Shown here: piece by piece, positions 1 to 12,966 of the stretch
How positions within the stretch are numbered: the first letter of the stretch is position 1
Layout: the number at the start of each line of letters is the position of its first letter
Source of the DNA: Saccostrea echinata
Lineage: Eukaryota
Assembly (NCBI RefSeq): GCF_033153115.1
Contig: NW_026889807.1
Coordinates: forward strand, 6,696,001 to 6,760,000
DNA length: 64,000 nucleotides
Direction: 5' to 3'
Translations under genes and position numbers: made by a program
Notes under the pieces: generated by a model
The model's input: only the letters and a program-made list of their open reading frames with translations
What the model was told of the DNA's origin: nothing
Databases searched by the model: none

Positions 1-29
1 ACTGAAGGCGTGTCGGACAGAAAGTATTA

Positions 30-110
30 TAAAACGTAAATATAAGTAAGGATGGTTCAGTATCGGAAGTTAGTGTGCAATATGTAAACTACAACTAACT
101 GCAAAATTAA
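30..110 (+). promoter_or_regulatory. Conserved proximal promoter of copy 1 (ETS core CGGAAGT 64-70)
   Basis: Block TAAGGATGGTTC..TCGGAAGT..TATGTAAACT is shared with 5800-5880 and 53421-53500. Confidence 0.6.
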
Positions 111-488
111 ACAAACTGTAAAATTTTCAATGAACAACGTTTAGCAACATTTAAAAACTGAGAATGGTCAGGGTGAAGTTTGTGTTGCTTGTTCTTATTC
201 ATGGTTTTACTGAAGGTAAGAAGATACAAGTCTGCCTAAAATGTTAAAAAAGAAAATAAATCTTCTTGTGAAAAACTATACATGTACATATTTTCGGCGG
301 TGAACATGTGTGCCTTCCATCACTGAACATAGTTATGTGAATGTAATTGGTGTGTACATCACACAGAGTTATTTTGTCACATAGACATATTTTATTACGC
401 ACAGTAGCAACTGCAATAAAATACAAGTTGCACTTCGAAGAGGGAGAATTGATGCAATCAACACGTTTGATTTAAATTATCTAAAAAT

Positions 489-492
<4 letters not shown>

Positions 493-537
<45 letters not shown>
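493..537. repeat. (CT)n microsatellite
   Basis: Direct reading. Confidence 0.95.
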
Positions 538-540
<3 letters not shown>

Positions 541-849
541 ATATTTTCAGCTAATATTTTTATCAACAAATTATGCTAATTCTTGCAGCATATATAGTAG
601 CCAATTTGTACAAATAAGGTAGACTTTGTCGCTCTATCTGCAAAGAGAAAAAAATACTCATCTCAGTACATATAGTGTCGCCGTTTTCAACATATGCAGA
701 TGGATGTCACTTAAATGTTTGTCATCAAAGTGGATATAATTATTTTAGTGCATAGCGATATTGATCACTTTAAAGATTTTTGCCAAAATACAACTTCGAA
801 AATGATATCAGTATTAAATTCTGGCCATAAGTGTAAAAAAAAAAATTGT

Positions 850-1706
850 GAATTTTAACCCCACTTCCCATTTGTCAGCAATGCTTCTTTCAAAGTATGA
901 ATGGCCTACTGCAAAAAATGTAAGAGGACTTCAGAAAACTAGTTTGTTGTTTAAAAAAAAAACTAGAACCGTCATTTTCTTGTACCCCATCCTCCCCCCC
1001 CCCCCCCCGATGAGAATACACCTCAATGTACAGTTATAGGACACCAGCAATCATATTTCAAAAGACAATTTAGCTACTGCAAAATATATAAGAGGAGATC
1101 AGGGAACCGGCTTTTTGTAGAAAAAAATTCTACCTCGAATTGCCGGTCCCAAGGTTGAAAAAAAAAAAAAGATAATCCAAAACCTTTGGAACATATACAG
1201 GACACTCTCAATTCAATTCCAAAATATGGATGGGCTACTACAAAAAATGTAGGAGGAGTTCAAGGAACCAGGTTTTTGTAAGAAAAACGTCTCTTTTTAA
1301 CCCCATTTGCTTCCCATGTGAAAATGAAAAATTGAAAAAAAAATAATGCAAGTACCGGGGACCACCAATTATATTCCAATAGATTTGTTGACTTTGTTTA
1401 TTCAACGCCCCTACGAGAATTTTTCACTCATATTGAAACGCCAACACTTGCCGTTGTAGGGCTGCAGATTTAGAGCTGTACTCGGCACTTAGGGCCTTTG
1501 AGCAATGAAGGATCTTTTTCGGGCTAGCACCCACTGCGACTCGGGACTTATGTGTTTATGGCACTGTTTCATCCAAAGGAACAGATGTTTAAACTGTAGA
1601 TATATTTTTAGAAAGAAGATGTGTTACAGACGGACGGACAGCTGGACGGACGGACCAGATAACAACAATATACTTGAACGTTCTGTAGAAAGTGTGGGTA
1701 TAATTA
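850..1706 (-). mobile_element. Helentron/HINE-type non-autonomous repeat with internal tandem units; SINE fragment nested at ~1385-1555
   Basis: GACG microsatellite near the end, terminal GGGTATAATT, internal repeats (GGCTACT.CAAAAAATGTA.GAGGA). It is an inverted relative of 2757-3410. Left boundary approximate. Confidence 0.55.
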
Positions 1707-1911
1707 AAATTACTATCAAACCTACATGTATATAATTGTTTGTTTTTCTTTCTCTAGCACTTAACCCAGACGTGTGACAAGCATAGTGATTGTGTACTTT
1801 CAAATTTCACATGCTGTACCGGAACTATATGGTGCTGTCCTCCTGGTTATGTCTGTACAGGAACCTCTAGTTGCTTAAGGGGAACTATAGGTCTAGAAGA
1901 GTTTTAAGATT

Positions 1912-1942
<31 letters not shown>

Positions 1943-2035
1943 CCTTATCTTACGTTATTGTTTTTTTTTTAATTTTGTGTGTGTGTGTGTGTGCATGTGT
2001 TTAAATTTTGTTTTCTTTAGGTTGAAATACTTCAA

Positions 2036-2248
2036 TACTGTGAAAGCACAAATTTTCATGGGGGTTTAATTTTCGTTGTTTTCGAGGTATGAAGAGACCC
2101 ATGAATTTATGTTTACCACAAAATGTAATGTTTGACATTCATTACTATTCAACAATTCTTCATCCACGAAATCAAATCCCCATGAACCCATATTTTTTCA
2201 TCAAACCACAAAAAAATTGACCCCACGAAAAAATGTGATTTTACTGTA
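2036..2248. mobile_element. Tc1/mariner-type MITE
   Basis: TA-flanked imperfect TIRs TACTGTGAAAGCACAAATTTTCATGGGG / CCCCACGAAAAAATGTGATTTTACTGTA. Confidence 0.65.
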
Positions 2249-2756
2249 TTTATCTCTCGTTTTGGAGTTCTTTAAATTATTACCTTCATATATACTCTTT
2301 AAGTTAATATTATCACCTAAAATGCATGTAAAAGTTTATCCATAGTAAACATTTCTATTTGAGTCGTTGAATTATTTCTTTGCATGTGTTTACTTTTCCT
2401 CGATGAGTTTGTTGCTTTGGAGACTCAAATATCAGTTGTATAACTGATTTTAATCTTAATTATATTTTATGTATAATGAGAATTTATAACATATAACTCA
2501 AACTTTTCTCTACCAAATTCTTTTCAATAGAAGAAACACTCGACATATTGTAAAAAAACAATACAGTTACTGTATTAAAAACAAGTCAAAATAACTTTGA
2601 CTTCATTGGAAATGTTAAACATTTAAGCTGATAATCATTCGAGTTACCCAATTAACCATAATTCCATTTTCTATTTTTACGTAAGCAGATCAAATATACA
2701 TGTATGTTAGTATTACAAAAGATGTTATTTCGGAAATCTGTACATTCAATATGTCA

Positions 2757-3410
2757 ATTATACCCGAACTTTCAAAAACAAAGTTCGTGTATACATGTAT
2801 TGTTATCTTGATCGCTCCGTTCGTCCGTCTGTCACACTTTCTTCTTCAAACTCTTCGAACATTTTGAAAAGTAACCAAACCATTTTTTGAAAGATGATTG
2901 GTAGTGTCATGTCATATAGACGTGCAACAAGATTAAAGAGTTTTCATTCTCATCCTGGGAACCATTTGAGGTTCAAAAACGTTTTCTACAAAGCCTGGTT
3001 CCTAGAACTTTTATTATATCTTACGAAATAGGCAAATCATCTTTTGGAAGATGTTTTTAGATGATGGTATGATGGAATGTTTTTAGATGTCCAATAATGC
3101 ACATTTTCGTTTTCCCCATGGGGAAATTGGGTGTTGAAAACTTTTTTTTTCCTAAAAAATAAACTCGTTCTCACAACTCCTCTCACATCTACTCAGTAAC
3201 CAAATCGTATTTTAGAAGATGATTGGTGATGCCTTGTATATATGCAATGAGGGTTTTTAATTTTTCTTTGGGGTCAATAAAGTGTCAAAATAGGCGTTTA
3301 TAAAAACGATTCTGCTTCCCAGAAATCCTCTTACATTTTTCGCAGTAGCCAACTCATCTTTTGAAATATGATTGATGGTATCCTGTATATGTGCAAGAAG
3401 GTTTCACAAT
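2757..3410 (+). mobile_element. Helentron/HINE-type repeat
   Basis: ATTATACCC start, GTCC/GTCT microsatellite, ~160-bp internal degenerate repeats. Confidence 0.55.
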
Positions 3411-3425
3411 TTATATTTATTTTTT

Positions 3426-3670
3426 GGCCCGTAAACATCGGCAGTGTCTGATCCTTCGTCAAGAGCCCGGCACAACGGGTCTTTCGGATGAGACCTTAAA
3501 AACCGAGGTACCGTGTTCCTGTACGTCTTGGCATAATAAAGAACCATCACTGCTCAAAGGCCCTGAATTCAGAGTATATCTGCATTTGAAGCTGTTCACC
3601 GTACTTGGTGACGTCTCTATATTAAAAGAAATTCTCGAATGGGACGTAAAACAACACAAATCAATCATTC
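3426..3670 (+). mobile_element. V-type SINE copy (degenerate head)
   Basis: CGGATGAGACCTTAAAAACCGAGG core and GAATGGGACGTAAAACAACAC 3' end are shared with 4119-4412 and 36677-36960. Confidence 0.7.
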
Positions 3671-4118
3671 TTTAAGAATTGTCTGTTATTACTATGCATT
3701 CTTTCTGCTCGTGAGTAAAGAGGAAAACTTTTAAAGAATTAAGGCAATTTCTTTGTCTGACGAAAGGCAGTTCCTGACAGGAAACAATTTCTTTAAATTG
3801 GAAATTACATTTCATCAATCTGGCAAAATTTTTGTAAAAAGAAATGCACCCCTGTTGTACTTGAAGTTTTATCATTTTCATTTTTTTTTAAATTATTAAT
3901 GTAAAAAGTTTTATGCACTGAGGACTCTTTCTTAACTTTTGGATGCGTAGTTTAATCAAACTGATCTTAGAAGTCCACCACCATGGGAAAAAAAACCTTT
4001 AGGTTTGGATTTTATGCCAGTGAACACTGTAGGATTTTTAAAATACTTAATATTACAACAATATTACCGGTCAGTTTGCAGCCGATATCTGAGTTCCATA
4101 AAGTGAAGTGTAAAGTAT

Positions 4119-4412
4119 GTATGTATGTTGTTTAGCGTCCCTCTCGAGAATTTTTCACTCATATGGAGACGCCACCACTTGCCGGTGGAGAGCTGCAAAT
4201 TTTGTCCTATACTCGGCACTTACGGCCATTGAGCAGTGAGGGATCTTTTTCGTGCCAGCACCTACTGCGACACGGGACCTCGGTTTATACGGTCTCATCC
4301 GAAAGACCTGTCTCCACGTCCCACAGTGGGATTCGAACCCGCGACGTAAGGATCAACTCCTTACTCCGCGACTCTAGAGCAGACGCTCTAACCACTGCGC
4401 CACGCGGGCGAC
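4119..4412 (-). mobile_element. tRNA-derived SINE (V-domain-like), full length
   Basis: Minus-strand head with A box TGGCGCAGTGG and B box GGTTCGAATCC; 14-bp TSD GAAGTGTAAAGTAT at 4105-4118 and 4413-4426. Confidence 0.9.
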
Positions 4413-5799
4413 GAAGTGTAAAGTATCCTTAAGTTTCTTTAAATCAACCCTATTGTATCTGTGATATATATTTTAAAAGAGATAAGATACAATATATGGT
4501 TATAGAATCTGCATAGGTGGCATCAGTGATAACATTTGAAGGGTGGAGATAATTAACATAGTAAAATATGTTTAACAGATATAGCACAGTCTCTTGAATT
4601 GCTAAAACATAGCTTGAATTAGCTTTAAGGCTTTTACAGGGCATTCCAAATGCATCGACCAAGCTACTTGAATGCAGTTTTCACAATCATGCTTTATAAT
4701 GAAATCACAAAGAGTCGTAAGTATGTACCCTTTTATATTTGTACAATATGGACTATCAAAAAAATCAAGTCAGCGATTAAACAGTGTTGTTTTTAAACAC
4801 ATTCTAGCAAAAATAATTCCATTGTTTGTGTAACTGTACACCACCTTGTGCGCTGTTGGGTATGGATAAGTATGATTACTTCACATTGTGCCGAATTATT
4901 ATTAATAATTAACTATGAATCAATTTGTTAACCAGAGTTGGCCTTCCTTCTAATCTAAATCACGAAATAACTGTTTTGTCACATTTAGTCCCAAAACTTC
5001 AAGAACTTTGATCGCAAATGCTCAGAAGGAAACACATTTTGAAAAGCTATTTTTTTTCATACAGATTTTCAAAATATTTCCTCATTGAAAATGAGCGCAT
5101 AACCAAACGCGACTTTTAATACTTTATATTGCTCATTTAAGAAAAAGCTGTCTCGATAAGTTATATCAAGCTACATAGCTAATTCACGACCCGTTCAACT
5201 CTTCATCATTCTGAAAAGATTTATGCAGCCATTCCTTTAAGGAATGAAGTGGTTATCGCTCACCACTTACAACACTACATTCTCGATATAATTATTAGCC
5301 CAAACCCTTTAATTTGCTAGCACTCAAGTTTTAAATTTTACTGACATCTTTTGTGTCAGCTTCATTTGAAAAGAAATTCTGATTTTCCTTTGGCCGAGTG
5401 TCTTTCGGGTTGATGATCACTTCTAAACTTACTTTTGTAATGATTATTGATGGTCAGATTCGATGGCTCTTCCGCGTCGCTTATCGATGGTAACACACTT
5501 TTTTTAAGTTGTGCAAACGATTATAGCCCAGTATTTTAACTAATAACAAGAGCCTTTATCTTATTCATGCATGTAAAGTGCAATATAATTTTCAAGATGT
5601 TAGGAATACATAATTACAATTTATACTGTTCCCGCACTTGCAAATGGTCTTGTTAAAAATTCAGTTTAATTGTGTTTGTTCCACAATCATCGAAATAACG
5701 ACAACAAATATAAAAATTTCTTTATACTTTTTTCCTTCAATGCAACGTTTTCTTCTCACTGAAAAGATTTGCAACTTAAAGTATAATAAATTTAGATAC

Positions 5800-5880
5800 A
5801 ATGACGCAAATAAAAATAAGGATAGTTCTGTGTCGGAAGTCAACTTACAATATATAAACTACCACTTACTGCGAATTAAT
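5800..5880 (+). promoter_or_regulatory. Conserved proximal promoter of copy 2 (CGGAAGT 5834-5840, TATATAAA-like element)
   Basis: Homologous to the upstream blocks of copies 1 and 3. Confidence 0.6.
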
Positions 5881-5920
5881 TATACTTTCAATGAACAGTG
5901 TTTACAAAGCTAGATTGGAC

Positions 5921-8900
5921 ATGTTAAGATATTCATTGCTTGTTCTTACATGTATATCTGGTATTACACTTGGTAAGTAGGTATACTTAAAATTCGAAAT
6001 GTTAAAAAAAATATTTAGGATTTTTCCCAGTTTTAAAATGATCTCTTAGAGAAAAAAAAATTAGAATTAGCCATCGGTTAAATTCAATCAAATTTAAGTT
6101 ATTATCTTAAGCGCAGTTACATATTTCCTAGCAATTTTTTTAAATAAACTTGTATTCATCAATATTTATGCACATTGAACGAAATGTGCATCTACTAGAG
6201 TATCATAGATAAACGTAGAATTCATTGGGTTTTACTTCCATAAATTTAGTCAAACTTTTCTGCACAAAAACAGTGATTGATTTTTTTTTTTCAAATTTCG
6301 AACCTTTTAGTCAATAAATTGTATCGTTTAAAAAAAATGTTCGTACGTAGAACATGCTTTTGTGTATCTAATCAGCTGGGAGCCATAAACTCCATATGTA
6401 AGAGATAAAAGTACATTCCTTTGCTAAATAAATAATGGAAGTTGACGATAGAGAAAAAGTTGATCACGCTCATCAAAAAGTCTAGTAAAAAGTCTAGTTG
6501 TTAGTTTTCCGTGAATATTTTTCTCTCTTGAAACATCCAAATATGACACACTGATGTGCCAGACTGTCGAGTGCAATGGAATATATTAAATCAACATGAC
6601 GTGGGAATGAAAATAAATATTTATCGGAATAATTGTTTGTAGGATCAGAATGGTTTTTACCAAAATAAGTTGCAGATGACTATATATTAGATATGCAAAT
6701 TAACGAATTTTATTTATTAATTTATTCATTCATTTTTTTTTTAAGAAGAAGAAGCAATTGCATATTATGTCAAAAAGTCGGGTCTTTAATTTATAATGGG
6801 GAATAGTTGTAAAAAGTCGTACGTTTTGATGCTACTAATTTGGGTAAAATTTTATGCTTTCAAATTTTTCTAAAAGTTTCTTGGGATTTTGAAGTATCTA
6901 CATCTGATTTACAACAGTTCTCAAATACGTTGTTGTAAAGTACTTCCAAAATTTCTCAACTAATGTTTTCGTGAGGAGTTCGAAGAGAATTTTTAAGAAC
7001 CTACTGTGTATCTTTCTTTGTAAGAATTTTATGAAGTTTGGTTTTTTAGTAGTTTGGAATACTTGATAGTTTGGACTGACATATGATTATGAAGACTTTC
7101 CTCCCTAGAATGGGAACTATGAATATAAATTGGATTACGAATTGTAGAATTAAATGCAAGCTCCTCGAAAATATAAATTAATACTGAACCTTACAAACGA
7201 AGTCAATTGTCAGCTGGGACCAGTATATATTGATCGTGTACTCTATCTACAATGTATTTCTTATTTCACTTTCTAATTATTGAATTGAAAATCCGCATTA
7301 ATATAGAACATTTCATATAAGTGCTTCAGGACTATTTCCTGTCGGGATTGACAACTTTTTAAGGAAGTTTCCTCAGATCCATCTGTAATACAATTATTTA
7401 CTGTTCAAGTCGTACAGGAAATCTGTACAGCACATAGGACAAAAGAAACATTTAATCTTGTAAAGGGCACTCCTTTAATATTAGCGATAAACAAAATCTT
7501 TCTTGGAAATAATCATGGTATACAGGTCCTTGCCCGTATTCCTTAAGAAAAATACGTAAATAATACATACCTTATTCTATGTCACACCCTGTATCAGCAC
7601 GAGGAACCAATATCAGCCAGAGGGCCGTTAGCCTAAAAAATATAATAAATATGCAGAATCTGACACATCTGCTTCATATTAAGATATTTTACTGGAAAAG
7701 AACGTTAATGGAAACGTAACAACAAAACTTTATGATACACATGATGACTCAACTTTTCTATCGACAACTTCCCTTATTTATGTAGCAATATACCCTTATC
7801 ACCTGTATATCGAGCTATGTCTACCAGTTGATTCCTTACGCAAGAGCATGCTCTATGTGCGAACAATTTCTAAAACGAGGTAAGTTACTGACAAACAAGT
7901 TGATGAAACAAGGATATCAACAGTCTCTTTTAAAGTCAGCATTTCACAAACTCTATGGTCGATACAATGATCTTGTCAGCAAATACAATCTACCATTAAA
8001 TCGATTGTTGACTGACGTTTTCCCATACAAATTGTTAGGCCATTATTTACACCCTGAATTGTCTACGGATTTTTTCCGTTTTCCCGATCATGACAAGGCG
8101 CACACGGCGGGTGTGACCCTTCGACAGGGGATGCTTACTCATCTATGGCACCTGATCCCACTTCAGATGTTTTTAGAGGTTCTTGTTTGCTCTGCTCCAA
8201 TTTTTTATTGTTTCAATGGACTTTTGAGCTAAAACAAATTTAAGATTTCCAGTACATGTTACAATCAGAATTAATACCATTTATTGTTGAGTGATTTGCA
8301 TGAATTCGTCATTTAAAAAAACTATAACAGCTAATTGTTTTTAATATTGCGATGTCGTCTGCTTAAAAAGCAGTCAATTTAGACCCTTAATACTGATTTC
8401 AACCAATGCAGTGGGGATTATGAACATGCTTCATATCAGAGCCTAGTGCAACATGTACGAGACTAATTTTTTTTTTTTTAAAAAAATCTCATCCCGAGGA
8501 CATGTAATTTTTACCTTTTAATACTAAGGTTTGACGAAGGAAACGGTCTTTTCTGCAGTTTGTATCATAAACGTTAAGGACTCGATAAGAGTTGAGCTCA
8601 ATCCTCTTCACACACTGACACACACCCTCACAGAGACACACAGACACACACATTATTTATTTTATATATATTTCTATAACATTAATATTTTATGTATGAT
8701 AAAATTATAAAATGACAAAATGATTTTTCGAGACACATATACATTGATTTCAATTTGACAACAGATCTTATTCAAAATTAGATTTCAACATTCATTGAAC
8801 TTCAATAAGAGGAGAAAGAACCCTTGTAAAATACAGAGGAACATTTGTATTGTTTTGTATACAACTGAATTTCCTGCCAGTCTCCTCAAAATCTTCCTAG

Positions 8901-11603
8901 ATCTGCGCCGAATACACTTTGTGTAAGCTGAGTTATGTCGATCATCTTGCGCAGAGTGTATACGGTGCCGATCTTAATAGCCTTTTTTTAATTTAATTGG
9001 ATTTTTTACTTCAGCATCCAACCCGGATGGGACTTGTACCAGTGACAGTGATTGTACAGACCCAAACTACAAATGTTGTACCGGAACTGTGTGGTGCTGC
9101 CCTCCTGGTTATATGTGTACCGGAGGCTCTTCTTGTCTCAGTATAGGGTATGAATCGTCCTTTTTTTTTTTTTTTTTTGCAAAAAAATGAATTCTATATC
9201 AATTTTTAAAAGATAACTCGAGGGTGAGGCTAGAATATGCAGGAATTTTTTAAAAATGCATTTTTGAATAGAAAATCTGTATTTGACCCAAAAATTAACT
9301 TAAATTTGAAATTTAATTGATCTTTGTTGTAGCTAAACATTTGCAATAGTAACACATTATACATACATGTATAACATTGTATCTGACATAAAGAGGGCTA
9401 GGATTCAGGGACTGTAAAGAGAAAAGACAGTTATATTATTCTAGGACATGAGATTGGCGTCTCTTTTTTATCAAGTTTAACCTTAAGAGTGGGGAAAAGT
9501 ATTATTTATTCAGTTAGCAATTACAAAGAGCACTTCATTTGAATACAGATAAAACAAGATGTTTTTGTTTTTGTAATTAATTGTCACTAAAACACTGTAA
9601 TTATCATACAGGAGTATGGTCATCTGATTTACATGCACTGTTCAATTAATAGTATATCCATAATATCTCGTAAAATGTATTTTATGATATTAGACTTGAT
9701 ACCAGAAAATAGGTGTGACTTTTTGTATGAAATCTCATGATTTGTGTGCGACAAAATGTAATGCAATCTATACAAAGTCTGGGTTCTCGATTGCTTTAAA
9801 TCCGATGCTTGTTGGTAAGTCAGATTAAATATTCATCATGACTCATTACGGCTATGAAGAAAAATTTCAATGACATTACAAAGCCTTGATAGGCTCGTTT
9901 TACTCCTTTTACGATGTTACTATTTCCAACGCTTCATCTGATATTGACGGAGAAACTCGTGATGATGTCTATCAAATGTTTTAAAAAAAATGATTTTTTA
10001 GGAGCTATGGTTGTTAGCGCTTAGTTCAATCCCCTAGACCGGAGAGCCAGTGTGTCCATCCTGTAGGTACTGTTTCCAGCTATTTATAGGCGCCGAATCC
10101 TTGCCCTTTGCAATTGCTACTAAAGCATTTCCAGGAGATGTGCCTTTGACTAATTTTGAGACGGTTGGCAATAACTCAAGGTTTAAAATGATACGATCTA
10201 GTGGCATAAGTATATCTCCTTAAGAACTAAACCAGAATTGTATCCCACTAAAAAATATGGGTTTTTTTTTCTAAATATTGTACAAATACAACGAAAAATG
10301 TTTTCAAATTGATAAAATTATCATTTTCTTTCGTTTTTATTTCAGCGTGATCATCGGTCCTATCGTCGTTGTAATTGCCATTATTGCGTGTGTCGTCATC
10401 GCTATCTTTTGTTACAGTAAGTATTTGTTGACTTGGTAATTTCAGTATCATGATTCATGTAATATCATTTGATAAGCATTTAAAATCAATCAGTTAGAAC
10501 GGAAGATGGCATTTCACTTTAGGACAACAAAGTTTTATTCGTTGAATTTTTGTGCACCTGAACGAAAGATTGAAGCCAATTTCTAAGAAGTGTCTGGTCT
10601 TTCTTTTCCCTGTTGTCTTCAAAAAGGATGATTGCATTTAACGCCAGGATTCGGTCTTTTTCGGACGCCATTGTTGTTTTTATATCTTAACCATATTTTA
10701 CTTCTGTTTATTCCTGAAAGAATCTTGCCGATTTGAAACCAAATTTGAACAATAAAATGAGTTTAGACTGTGGTAAAATGAAATAATTTGAAGTTCTTTT
10801 CCTCCATACTGCTTTCTAAATAGGGATAATTTACACTTTCCGGCCTTTTTTTTTATTTTTGACAGATGATCTGGAACTTTACATAATCTTTTAAAGTATC
10901 AAAAGGTCAAGACAATGATCGGTGCTAACAACAAAGTTGCCGACATTTTAAAATTCTTTTTGTCTATTTATCTTCGTACAGGTTACATACAATGCTTGAA
11001 GGTTGACAGAGAAAGAACCCCACTGTGTTTAGATTGTAATGAATGGTCAGATTTCAAAAAAGGAAAATTTTTATATTCAAAATTATCATGTTTTTCATTC
11101 ATTTTACATTGTCATATATTGTCAAAATGCAGTGGTAGAGCTTACTACAGTATTACTCCGATATTTAAGATTCAAATAGTAAAATTTCGATAATCTTTAT
11201 CTTTGGATTATGATAAGGGTTTCATTACAGTCATATTTATTTGTCAGAAAGAGCAATGAATATTCATGTAGCTAAAATGAATGTTATTTTATGAATGGGC
11301 CTATAAATTTCATAACTAGGTCTGGCGGTTTGGTTTTACTTCATATTTTATTGTATATACGAACATATGTGATGCTGATCAATATAATTAATATCAATGC
11401 CTACCGACCCTACACAAAATATTACTTGAATTCCTCTAGATCTGAAAAATAGGTTCTGAGAGCGCAAACTGAAATCATAGTGTGCGTCTCATAGTCATCT
11501 CTTTTTCAAATTGATAATGTTCTAAATTATAATTTTCTTAGGAAAGAGACAGCACACAGCAGGTGTTGTGTACAATCCTCATGGAGTAACACCTAAATTT
11601 TAA
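5921..11603 (+). CDS. Small type-I membrane protein with 8-Cys ectodomain (Shisa-like/CYYR1-like architecture), copy 2, 105 aa
   Basis: Exons 5921-5972, 9015-9147, 10346-10416 and 11542-11603 are all GT-AG with phases 1/2/1 and join in frame: MLRYSLLVLTCISGITLASNPDGTCTSDSDCTDPNYKCCTGTVWCCPPGYMCTGGSSCLSIGVIIGPIVVVIAIIACVVIAIFCYRKRQHTAGVVYNPHGVTPKF*. Paralogous exons occur elsewhere in the window. Confidence 0.85.
7655..8230 (+). mobile_element. Penelope-like retroelement 3' remnant (RT C-terminus plus 3' tail)
   Basis: Degenerate TKLYD..DDxNF.I.NFPYLCSNIP.SP.Y...QLI.YARACS motifs; tail CAGGGGATGCTTACTC...GGCACCTGATCCCAC recurs at ~45230. Confidence 0.65.
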
Positions 11604-11827
11604 CTCGATCAACATGGCCAGGAACTATTTTCCAGAATACCAGGTTACAGAAAACCACAGAATGAAGATCATTGACTAAACCCAAGAGCATGCGAACAGA
11701 GAGAGAGAGAGAGAGAGAGAGTAAACGTTTAAGCTTGCAATTGTGCATTTATCTTTTGTTACTGCAATTTTGCATTTAATTTTTTGTATCATCACTATCA
11801 CCCCCTGCAAGTATTTAGATCTTGTTT

Positions 11828-12411
11828 TTAAAGGGGCCTGGACACAGTTGCATTGTTTACAATTTAAAATTAATGTCTATTTTTATTTTAAAAAATAATT
11901 TCAGTTTAATGATTTGAACGTACATGAACATATTCTAAGAATTCAATGACAACGACATTCTTCATAACATCACGTCAAACACCTGTGATTGTAAACAGGG
12001 CAAGAGCTCTGTTATTGTTAGTGTTAACGTTTTACCGGGTGTGTTCATTTTGTTAAGTCAGCACACCTCACTGAACACGGACTGATAATACACATGAGTT
12101 GGTTTTGCTTTCTCGCATTTCTACTCTGAACTTTCTGGATTATAGTTTACATTTTTTTTCATTAATATACAACAAAGTTTCTACTTCTCTTAAGTATTAA
12201 GGATAAAGTTTACTTTGTGAAAGTGCAAGGACATATGTCAATCTAAAGCGTCCCGAAAATTGTAGTTTTAATAATTTCAAGATTAAAAAAATTTTCTTAA
12301 AACGCTTTAAATATATTTCGGTGTGAAATGCTCTAGCAACATATAAGTAATGATATTGTTTAGAAAATTCTAGAAAATATGAGCTTCAAATCTGTGTCCC
12401 AGCTCCTTTAA
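11828..12411. mobile_element. TTAA-flanked (Kolobok-type) MITE
   Basis: TTAA-AGGGGCCTGGACACAG ... CTGTGTCCCAGCTCCT-TTAA. Confidence 0.65.
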
Positions 12412-12966
12412 AAGCTTACATTACATGACTACTTATAAACATTGTATGTTCATATTTAATACCTGTACTGCATGACTGAATCTCCTTTGTAAAAAGAAAA
12501 TCTATAATAACAATAATTATTGTACTATAACCAAGCGGAGTAAGAATGCATGTTTTATTAATTTATTAGGTAAATGAAAAAGGAATTATGGCAGATCTCA
12601 AATATATTCAAATACAAATAATAAACTAGTAAACTTTGAAAATAATATCGATATACTCTTTCTGAAGACAAATATATTTTATTTCACTTCAAAAATAAGA
12701 AAATTTAACTTTACTCAGCCCAGAAGTAGAACTTTAATAGTTTAAAAACGGTCTTATCAGAAATATGAAAAAAAAATTATAATTAAGATTATTTTTGGAT
12801 TTCAAATAAATTGCGTACAAAAAAATTGACAAAAAATTTACCTTTCTAGTTGTGACAACGGGCAGCTGGTAAATTGTAAAGAGTTAAATTTCCAACACTG
12901 ATAGGAATGGACCAGTGCAACAATATTTATAGAAGAAAAACCGGTTAAATAAGATTTACACTGGGG

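Larger units (their letters stand above)
164..1906 (+). pseudogene. Cys-rich membrane-protein paralogue copy 1 (frameshifted, TM exon not found)
   Basis: Exon 1 164-215 (MVRVKFVLLVLIHGFTE-G|gtaag). Exon 2 starts at 1758 (tctag|CA) and contains TCDKHSDCVLSNFTCCTGTIWCCPPGYVCTGTSSC. A ~5-nt deletion relative to copy 2 shifts the spliced frame to TGA. No TM exon seen before copy 2. Confidence 0.7.
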
